From: Candidatus Nanohalobium constans
GTDB taxonomy: Archaea > Nanohalarchaeota > Nanosalinia > Nanosalinales > Nanosalinaceae
Assembly (NCBI RefSeq): GCF_009617975.1
Contig: NZ_CP040089.1
Span: 360,001 to 392,000 of the forward strand
Direction of reading: 5' to 3'
DNA: 32,000 bases
Numbering within the stretch: the stretch's first letter is position 1; every line of letters begins with the position of its first letter. Positions 8,109 to 14,963 of the stretch are shown here, in pieces. The translations under genes and the position numbers were made by a program. Below the pieces are notes generated by a model. The model saw only the letters and a list, made by a program, of their open reading frames with translations. It did not search any database and was not told the DNA's origin.

Positions 8109-8510
8109 TTATTTTTTGAATTCTTTTGGTTTATGGACTTCGAGTTCTTTTATTTTGTTGAAGTGTGAGGTGTTTCTTGTCACTATTTCGAGTTCTTCGG
8201 CGAGTATTATGGATGCGATTAGCAGGTCCATGTCGTCTACTTTGTTGCCTTGTCTTTCCAGTTCGGCTCTTTTCTTTCCGAAGATATGTGAGCTTTTTGC
8301 TGTAGTATGTAGAACTTTAACGTATTGTGCTAACTCTTCAACGTCTTCCAAGTGTTTTTCTGTCTTGGTTGATTTTTCGGCGCCGTGGTATAGTTCTGCA
8401 AGTGTTATAGAGGTTATAGCTATTTCCTCCTCAAACTCTTGGATAAACTCCTCGGTTTCTTTGTCTCCGCGTAGAAAATCGATGACAACATCTGTGTCGA
8501 AAACTTTCAT
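8109..8510 (-). CDS. vapC: VapC-type PIN-domain toxin
   Basis: MKVFDTDVVIDFLRGD..., ITSITLAELYHGAEKS..., DLLIASIILAEELEIVTRNTSHF: a classic VapC layout with conserved acidic residues. Overlaps the upstream antitoxin stop. Confidence 0.85.
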   Translation of the reverse strand: MKVFDTDVVIDFLRGDKETEEFIQEFEEEIAITSITLAELYHGAEKSTKTEKHLEDVEELAQYVKVLHTTAKSSHIFGKKRAELERQGNKVDDMDLLIASIILAEELEIVTRNTSHFNKIKELEVHKPKEFKK

Positions 8511-8713
8511 CAGTTGAATCGCCGGGACTCGCCTTCTCTGCGTTCGTAAATCTCATTTTTCATTTCTTCCAGGCTTTCTCCTTCCTCTGTCTCGTAGTCA
8601 GACCAGGCTCCAGCCATCTCTTCAAACGACTCCTTCGACTGTACCTCTGACCTTATCTTCCTTATCTCATCCTCTATCCTATTGAGTCTCGAGGTTATAT
8701 TTGCAGTTACCAT
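8510..8713 (-). CDS. vapB: small acidic antitoxin partner of VapC (VapB-like, family not assigned)
   Basis: 67-aa ORF immediately upstream of vapC, overlapping it by 1 nt. ATG 8713. AT-rich box 8734-8744 lies about 25 nt upstream. Confidence 0.6.
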   Translation of the reverse strand: MVTANITSRLNRIEDEIRKIRSEVQSKESFEEMAGAWSDYETEEGESLEEMKNEIYERREGESRRFN

Positions 8714-8733
8714 GACAGTTATTCATCGAGCAA

Positions 8734-8744
8734 AATATTAAAAT
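8734..8744 (-). promoter_or_regulatory. TATA-like box for the vapBC operon
   Basis: aatattaaaat lies 21-31 nt upstream (minus strand) of ATG 8713. Confidence 0.3.
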
Positions 8745-8774
8745 CTGATGGATAACCCTACTCTTAGGACCTCA

Positions 8775-8910
8775 GGTTTTCAACCGTGCTTTGACTGCTG
8801 AGGAGATTGAATCGTTGTATAATTTGACTGATCCTCGCCGGGATCAAAGGGTTATCCAGAGCAGTGATGGAACAGTTTACACTAAAGGCGAGTTCAGTGA
8901 GTTGTTGTAG
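8775..8910 (+). pseudogene. orphan copy 3 of the LamG gene 3' end (no gene body)
   Basis: Reads ...VFNRALTAEEIESLYNLTDPRRDQRVIQSSDGTVYTKGEFSELL* ending at TAG 8908-8910. 18 mismatches to copy 1 over the last 96 nt (hand alignment). Confidence 0.8.
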
Positions 8911-9031
8911 GAATACAGATTTTTGGTTGTGTCTTCACAGAGGTTAAATTTTTTATCTTAGAGTAGCAGGTTAACTTCAAGAATTTTTGGGAAAGAAAAC
9001 TCCTATTAACTCAATGCAAACCTAAGAAAAA

Positions 9032-9041
9032 CATTAATATT
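9032..9041 (+). promoter_or_regulatory. TATA-like box for 9063-10253
   Basis: cattaatatt is centred about 26 nt upstream of ATG 9063. Confidence 0.3.
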
Positions 9042-9062
9042 CTAAACTGATAAAATATTCCT

Positions 9063-10253
9063 ATGGGTTTGAACGCTGCGGAAGTAATTAATCAAGCAGA
9101 ACGTGAAGAGGACCAACTCTACGATGACATCAGGGATGTTGCAGAGTGGTTCCACGAAAGGGAAGGAAAAATGTTTGAGAGAAGTGAAGCCGAGAAGAAA
9201 ATTAGCTCCGACCTTCAGTTTGAACCAGAACTTGTCAGTGAAGTTCTTGAAGAACTGACAAGCGACATTGTCGACCCTGTAGCACAGATAAACAACTCCC
9301 AAGGAAACTACATAGGCATAATCAATTATGAAGAATTCGACGCAGGTTACGTCTACCTAGACTACCACGATATAAACGGCGTACAAAAGAAAGCCGTCTG
9401 CGCAACATGCGTACAAAACTCAGAGAAAGACTCACAGGTAAAATATACATCATCAACTAAAATACAAGATGAAAAAAACCCCGACTACACAAAACTAAAA
9501 GAAGAAATAAACCAACACCACCAAAAACACCACAACACCAAAATAGAAAAAATAAAAACCGGAGCAACACTAGCAAGCGGAACAACAATAGGAGGAAACC
9601 GCGCAGCAACAAGAAACTGGGTCAACAACAACGCCGACGTTCCCAACGCCGACCATGCTGACAACGCTGGACAGCTTGAAGGTAATACTACCTCGCAAGT
9701 TCAAAGCCACTCTCCACAGGATCACGGAAACGGGTCGCATACCGAAAACTATGCCTCGCAGAATGATTTAGGGTATCAACTTATCGCCTCGGACGGTGCG
9801 AGCGGGTATATCGGCTCTGACGACGATCCTGATGTCTATACGTTCGATATCGGCAGCGGTTACACAAAAAGAGTCTTAACCTTTGAGAACGCCTCCGATA
9901 TTGATGCAAAATTGGGGGCGCGGTCTCCAGGAGTGGATTCATGGGATTATGTAAACCACGCGGAAGGTGCGGGTACTTCAGAGTTCTTCGGACAGGTTGA
10001 TGTGGCCGAAAGCGGTGCTGACATCGGTCCTGGGTATGCGTCATTTGAGGTAACTGAAGTACCCAGACCAGATGGTTCGATAAGTGTGGGGATCACTCGG
10101 TGGCATGACGAGATGAGTTCGGGCAACTATTATATTACCACCGCAGACCCCACGTTCTCGTCATCGTTCAGCACTTTAGAAGTTGTAGTTCAGCCAGACC
10201 CTCTTGACGACGGAGACTATGATTTTAGTTTTGAAGCATACTGCTTGAGATAA
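9063..10253 (+). CDS. modular fibre-like protein: conserved N-module (CxxC), K/H-rich linker, tail-fibre-type motif, unique C-domain; no signal peptide
   Basis: The N-module DIRDVAEWFHEREGKMFERSEAEKK...CATCVQNSEKDSQVKY...KTGATLASGTTIGGN is shared with 10687-11364. It is followed by AATRNWVNNNADVPNADHADNAGQLEG, a motif also found in 13791-14963, then a unique 190-aa C-terminus. Confidence 0.75.
   Translation: MGLNAAEVINQAEREEDQLYDDIRDVAEWFHEREGKMFERSEAEKKISSDLQFEPELVSEVLEELTSDIVDPVAQINNSQGNYIGIINYEEFDAGYVYLDYHDINGVQKKAVCATCVQNSEKDSQVKYTSSTKIQDEKNPDYTKLKEEINQHHQKHHNTKIEKIKTGATLASGTTIGGNRAATRNWVNNNADVPNADHADNAGQLEGNTTSQVQSHSPQDHGNGSHTENYASQNDLGYQLIASDGASGYIGSDDDPDVYTFDIGSGYTKRVLTFENASDIDAKLGARSPGVDSWDYVNHAEGAGTSEFFGQVDVAESGADIGPGYASFEVTEVPRPDGSISVGITRWHDEMSSGNYYITTADPTFSSSFSTLEVVVQPDPLDDGDYDFSFEAYCLR
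9561..9599 (+). repeat. 39-nt junction box, copy A (identical to 11182-11220)
   Basis: ggagcaacactagcaagcggaacaacaataggaggaaac encodes GATLASGTTIGGN. It is identical in both paralogues although the flanks are strongly diverged. Confidence 0.9.
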
Positions 10254-10686
10254 TGCTCAGAGTTAATTACTCCAATTCGTGTAGGTCGCCGTCGGGTGTT
10301 GAGTTAACAGGCGCGTCTCGTTTCGGGCTGCCTGTCGCTCATGGTTATTTGTCTTTGGCTGCGTAGTCGTTACCTGACAGATGCCTTCAGCTACCAGTGC
10401 CTATCGGAGGTTACTGGTTTCAAATCAAATAGTATGATAATGGCAGATAGATTTATCGACCAAGTAGCACCTGCTCACTCCCTTAATCTGCTCGTACTAC
10501 GACATTTTATCTGACTCTTGGATGCCGAGATGGTTATGTATATTCTTCTTTAACTGATTCTTCAATCCGTGTAGGAGCTAACAGTGGCAATGGTAAAGTT
10601 GCTATGCCGATGAAATTTTGAGTGTAAATAGTCTGCTGGAAAAGCTTAATAAGTAGTTTACCTAATGGTTGATTGTAGGTCGTGTT

Positions 10687-11364
10687 ATGAAGGCTGCTGA
10701 AAATGTGTTTGAGGAAGTAGAGGAGGATAACGTAGATATAGACAATTATGTCAGAGATGTTGCTGAATGGTTTCATCAACATGAGGGAGAGATGTTTGAG
10801 AGAGAAGAGGCAGTAGAAAAACTTGAGCAAGACTTTGATCTTAATGAAAAAGTAGCATCCTGTTTAATTGGAGAACTTGTAGGAGATAAAGTAGATCCTG
10901 TAGTGCAGATAAAGACAGATGATACTAGATACATTGGAGTAGTTGATTTCCAAGAGTTTGAAGGCGCCTATGGCTACATAGACCACCACGATGTCTTGGG
11001 CAAGCAAAAAAAGGTTGTATGCGCACAATGCGTAAAAAACGCTGCAACCGACTCACAAGTCAAATTCGAAACCGAAAAAATCAAAAACACAGAGAAAAAA
11101 CCAGACTACACCCACCTAACCAATAAAATACATTCCCACTACAAGAAAAGCCACAAACAAAAACCTGCAAAAGTTGAAACAGGAGCAACACTAGCAAGCG
11201 GAACAACAATAGGAGGAAACATCTCCTGGCACGCAGGCAACGACGGAAAAAACTCAGGACTAATAGCAGACAAAGTAGACGGAAAAGATGCTAATGATCT
11301 CGGAACTACAGCAGCAGAAAAAAGGTTTATCGCACTCAGCAAAACACACGGTAATGGGCAATAA
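10687..11364 (+). CDS. paralogue of 9063-10253: same N-module, short different C-terminus
   Basis: YVRDVAEWFHQHEGEMFEREEAVEK...CAQCVKNAATDSQVKF...ETGATLASGTTIGGN, then ISWHAGNDGKNSGLIADKVDGKDANDLG. ATG 10687 is preferred over the TTG at 10669 because it aligns with the paralogue's N-terminus. Confidence 0.75.
   Translation: MKAAENVFEEVEEDNVDIDNYVRDVAEWFHQHEGEMFEREEAVEKLEQDFDLNEKVASCLIGELVGDKVDPVVQIKTDDTRYIGVVDFQEFEGAYGYIDHHDVLGKQKKVVCAQCVKNAATDSQVKFETEKIKNTEKKPDYTHLTNKIHSHYKKSHKQKPAKVETGATLASGTTIGGNISWHAGNDGKNSGLIADKVDGKDANDLGTTAAEKRFIALSKTHGNGQ
11182..11220 (+). repeat. 39-nt junction box, copy B (identical to 9561-9599)
   Basis: Same 39-mer at the equivalent codons of the paralogue. Similarity stops exactly at its 3' end. 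Confidence 0.9.
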
Positions 11365-11367
11365 ATT

Positions 11368-11730
11368 ATGAATATAGGAGAAGGAACGAGCGGCGATTTA
11401 GAAATTACGTCAAGTGACACATGGTATACTATTAGTGTTCCAGCAGGTGAAACATGGGAGTTTACTACTGTTGGTTTAAGTTCAGGAAATCGTAAGGGTA
11501 ATGCACAGAATAATCATATTAAGGTTGGGTATGAGGATTCCAACGGAAATAACTATGTCTTGGTAGATCCAACAGACGACATGACCCCTCCTGTCGGAGC
11601 ATCACAGTTCGAAAACAACCATAGTCAATCTAAAACAATCCCAATAGATGGAGATACAATGAATGGTCTTTCTGTTAGATCTTCTATTGGGGGATACACA
11701 CTTGTTTGGTCGGCTGTGAGGGTTTCCTAA
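11368..11730 (+). CDS. small beta-rich protein, first of a tandem paralogue pair (MNIGE...)
   Basis: Starts 3 nt after the stop of 10687-11364. MNIGEGTSGDLEITSSDTWYTISVPAGETWEF...YTLVWSAVRVS aligns with 11732-12085. Confidence 0.65.
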   Translation: MNIGEGTSGDLEITSSDTWYTISVPAGETWEFTTVGLSSGNRKGNAQNNHIKVGYEDSNGNNYVLVDPTDDMTPPVGASQFENNHSQSKTIPIDGDTMNGLSVRSSIGGYTLVWSAVRVS

Positions 11731-11731
11731 T

Positions 11732-12085
11732 ATGAATATTGGTGAAACAAAGACGGATACAATTACAGTAGCGGGTGATTCAAATGATACGATTACTGTT
11801 CCATCTGGGGAAACGTGGAAATTCACTCATATAAACGCAAATAATAATAGTAATATATTGAGTAACGCTAATTTGTGCATTGGATACACTCTTTCTAATG
11901 GGGATCACTACATAATCAAAAATCAACGTGACGATCATACACCAGCAATTGGCGGAGAAGTGGCTCCAATAGATGATGCGTCTATTTCCTCCATTATTAT
12001 TGATGGAGATGTACACGAGGGAGTTTCTATTTGGGCTGATAGCAATGATTTAAAAGTATATTGGGCTGCAACACGTATTTCGTGA
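11732..12085 (+). CDS. small beta-rich protein, second of the tandem paralogue pair
   Basis: Starts 1 nt after the previous stop. MNIGETKTDTITVAGDSNDTITVPSGETWKF...LKVYWAATRIS. Confidence 0.65.
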   Translation: MNIGETKTDTITVAGDSNDTITVPSGETWKFTHINANNNSNILSNANLCIGYTLSNGDHYIIKNQRDDHTPAIGGEVAPIDDASISSIIIDGDVHEGVSIWADSNDLKVYWAATRIS

Positions 12086-12310
12086 CGACAAAGAAAATTG
12101 CTACTGACTCAGTACTGTAGGGGAAAACGAGAGGAATTTTTGCTATTATATTTAGCTGTGTTCTTGATAGTGTATTTGGCACTTAGATGATCAAACACGT
12201 AAAAGAACCATGTTAAGTGCAGGTATCTTTTACCTTCGTTTATAGGATCAAATACCAATACAGTTTCAATTCATTGATGTATCTTCTTGAGGTCTAAAGA
12301 GTCATACGAG

Positions 12311-12318
12311 TTATAAAT
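12311..12318 (+). promoter_or_regulatory. TATA-like box for tatA
   Basis: ttataaat is centred about 25 nt upstream of ATG 12339. Confidence 0.35.
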
Positions 12319-12338
12319 CTACACAATAAATTGTAGGT

Positions 12339-12551
12339 ATGGCATTGATTGGTCCGGCGGAGATGGTACTTGTGGGTGCTGCTATTGTGGCATTGATTTT
12401 TGGTCCGAAAAAGCTTCCTGAATTGGCTCGTAGTTTAGGTGAGTCGAAGAAGGAGTTTAAGAAGTCTATGAAGGAGGCTGATGATTTGGCTGATGAGGCT
12501 ACTCCTGATGTTGAGGGGCAGGTGGAAGACATTAAAGGAGACCAGGAGTAA
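12339..12551 (+). CDS. tatA: twin-arginine translocase subunit TatA/E
   Basis: N-terminal TM helix followed by FGPKKLPELARSLGESKKEFKKSMKE, the canonical TatA hinge and amphipathic helix. Acidic tail. Confidence 0.9.
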   Translation: MALIGPAEMVLVGAAIVALIFGPKKLPELARSLGESKKEFKKSMKEADDLADEATPDVEGQVEDIKGDQE

Positions 12552-12561
12552 ATAACTCTGT

Positions 12562-13251
12562 ATGCAGGGATTGGATAGACATGTCCAGGAACTCAGGCAG
12601 AGGTTGAAGTTTGTTTCTATATTCTTTTTGTCATCGACGGTGCTTGCTTTCTATTTTTCATCTAACATTCTTAACTGGCTTCAGAATGATTTAGGTTTTT
12701 CTCTGCATGCTTTGACTGCGTATGAGGTTCTCTACACCGAGTTGATGATTGCTTTCCTCGGTGGTTTTCTGTTGAGTCTTCCTTTCATCCTGTTTGAGGC
12801 TTTGGCTTTCATGAAGCCGGGTTTGAAGGAGAGTGAGTACAAGGCTATGCGTAACTATCTTCCATTCTCGGTCTTCCTTTTCGTTACGGGCTCGGTATTT
12901 TCCTACAATTTTGTTGTGAAGACCAGTTTGAACTTTTTTCAGGCTACTGCGGGCTCAGCTGATGTAGCTGCCCTGTGGGGTCTGCAGAACACTATCGGTT
13001 TTGCGTTGCGTCTCTCTGCTTTCACAGGAATTATCTTCCAGCTGCCGATAGTTTCAATGGTTTTAGCCCATGCAGGAGTTCTTAACAAGGACAAAATGGT
13101 TGAATACCGCCCATACTTTTTTGTTGGCATCCTGCTGGTTTCAGCTCTAGCTACGCCGCCGGACGTGATCTCGCAGGCACTAGTCACAGTACCGGTTATA
13201 TTTCTCTACCAGATCAGTATCTTCCTGGTGTCCCGGATAGAGGAAACTTAA
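12562..13251 (+). CDS. tatC: twin-arginine translocase subunit TatC
   Basis: HVQELRQRL (the HLxELRxRL motif) at the N-terminus, multiple TM helices, and ATPPDVISQ near the C-terminus. Lies directly downstream of tatA. Confidence 0.9.
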   Translation: MQGLDRHVQELRQRLKFVSIFFLSSTVLAFYFSSNILNWLQNDLGFSLHALTAYEVLYTELMIAFLGGFLLSLPFILFEALAFMKPGLKESEYKAMRNYLPFSVFLFVTGSVFSYNFVVKTSLNFFQATAGSADVAALWGLQNTIGFALRLSAFTGIIFQLPIVSMVLAHAGVLNKDKMVEYRPYFFVGILLVSALATPPDVISQALVTVPVIFLYQISIFLVSRIEET

Positions 13252-13278
13252 AAACAGGTAGAAAACTAAAACTCTACC

Positions 13279-13716
13279 ATGGGCGATGGAAAAGTCGTAG
13301 ACGAGGTCAAAAAGAAATCCTGGAGAAACAAGAAATTAAAGGAAGCCAGCCTTGCCATCGGCTTAGTTCTCCTAGGCGGATTAGCTGCCTTCATGCTATG
13401 GTCGGGAACAGAAGATACTCCTGACAGTTACGCAGACGCAGGATCAGATACCGTACACAAAACACAGATGGATGCAGCCGAAGTCTTCAACATCACAGAC
13501 ATAGGTGTCGCACCAGCATCACACACCGTCAAACTAGGCAAATCAGTCGGCTTCAGAAACAAACTAGGCTCCGAAATATCCATAACCTTCGACAGAAGCA
13601 ACGACACCATAGAAATTCCATCAGGCAAATCCGAAACACTTCTAATCAACGGAATAACCTACTTCCAAATATCAGGCAACGACTACTCAGCCCAAGGAAG
13701 AGTAAACGTACAATAA
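13279..13716 (+). CDS. single-pass membrane protein with cupredoxin-like C-domain (third family member)
   Basis: TM helix ASLAIGLVLLGGLAAFMLW. C-domain VAPASHTVKLGKSVGFRNKLGSEISITFDRSNDTIEIPSGKSETL resembles the C-domains of the 499 and 1110 ORFs. Starts 27 nt after tatC. Confidence 0.7.
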   Translation: MGDGKVVDEVKKKSWRNKKLKEASLAIGLVLLGGLAAFMLWSGTEDTPDSYADAGSDTVHKTQMDAAEVFNITDIGVAPASHTVKLGKSVGFRNKLGSEISITFDRSNDTIEIPSGKSETLLINGITYFQISGNDYSAQGRVNVQ

Positions 13717-13790
13717 AAAAACACTCCGCACACAATAAACAATTTTAATCGACACAACCCAAAAAACACTCAGAGGCTCCACCAAGAACA

Positions 13791-14963
13791 ATGAAAAAAG
13801 ACTCTAATACCGACCAGAAAATCGAAGAAATAATAGAACAAAAAGTAGAGCAAAGAGTACAAGAAGAACTAGAAAAAAGAGGAATTGAAAAAGCAGAAAG
13901 CGACGAACAAGAAGAATCAAATAAAAAAGAAGTCACCCGAAGATCATTCCTCAAAAAACTAGGAGCAGGAGCAATAGGAATCAGCGCACTATCACTCAGC
14001 CCAGCCTCAGCACTAAACATCAGAAGCAACGACTTCAGCGTCTACGCAGGCAACGACTCAACCAAAGAACTCCAAGTAAACAGCGGCGGACCAGTAGAAG
14101 TTAAAAATTCTGACCTGGATTTAACTGGAGGCAACTTAGATAATACAACTTTTATTGATTTCGGAGATAGAGATGATGATGGATATTATTGGCGGCAAGG
14201 AGTTCTCTCAGATGACGAATGGTTTCTTCAGTGGAGAAATGACAACGGAGATAATAAAATACCTTTGAGAATACCGATGTCTTCTAACTACATCCGAATT
14301 GATGAAAATATTAGGTTGCAGACAGGTCAATCGCTTGAAGATGATTCGGGAAACAGTAGACTAGAGTTTAATTCATCTACGGCGACTCAGGTCCGTGATG
14401 GAGCAGGAAATCTGGCAGCACAGTACAAGGACTCCAACCATATAAAGTTCTTCCCAAGAAGCGGTCAACCTTTCATCATAAATGATCAGAATGGAGAGTT
14501 TAACGCAGTTAAATACACAACCGACTCAACCAAAGGAACTCTAGAGTTGACCAAAGCGAACCTAGACATGAGGAATAACAATATCAAAAATGTCGAAAAG
14601 ACAACATTCAACAACTCAGGCAATGACTTCTGGCGGATAAATGATGGTTCGGGAGGGTCCAATACCAGCCCGCACACAGCACGATTTGACGATAGAGACA
14701 TGAGGTTCTACTCGGGTACAGGAATTGGAACAGTCTGGAGGCTAAACCAAGACGGCTCAGTAGAATATCCCGAAGGACCAGTAACTATCAATGGAGACCA
14801 AGTAGCAACCCGGAAATGGACTAAAAATAATGCTGATGTACCCAATGCTGATTATGCTGATAGTGCTGGTGATGCTGACACTGTGGATGGTAGTAATGTT
14901 TTTGTGCAGTCTTCTCAGCCTTCAAATCCTTCTAATGGGGATATATGGGTTGATACTAGTTAA
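13791..14963 (+). CDS. Tat-signal fibre-like secreted protein, paralogue of 3469-4098 with a longer C-terminus
   Basis: TRRSFLKKLGAGAIGISALSLSPASA with RR at residues 50-51, after an acidic extension. GTLELTKANLDMRNNNIKNV. C-terminus VATRKWTKNNADVPNADYADSAGDADTVDGSNVF. Confidence 0.8.
   Translation: MKKDSNTDQKIEEIIEQKVEQRVQEELEKRGIEKAESDEQEESNKKEVTRRSFLKKLGAGAIGISALSLSPASALNIRSNDFSVYAGNDSTKELQVNSGGPVEVKNSDLDLTGGNLDNTTFIDFGDRDDDGYYWRQGVLSDDEWFLQWRNDNGDNKIPLRIPMSSNYIRIDENIRLQTGQSLEDDSGNSRLEFNSSTATQVRDGAGNLAAQYKDSNHIKFFPRSGQPFIINDQNGEFNAVKYTTDSTKGTLELTKANLDMRNNNIKNVEKTTFNNSGNDFWRINDGSGGSNTSPHTARFDDRDMRFYSGTGIGTVWRLNQDGSVEYPEGPVTINGDQVATRKWTKNNADVPNADYADSAGDADTVDGSNVFVQSSQPSNPSNGDIWVDTS

Noticed and set aside
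6907-8910. The three copies of the LamG 3' end could be a diversity-generating retroelement (VR/TR pair).
   Set aside because: There is no reverse transcriptase ORF in the window. The mismatches between copies involve all base types (C/T, G/A, A/G, C/G) rather than being confined to adenine positions of one copy.
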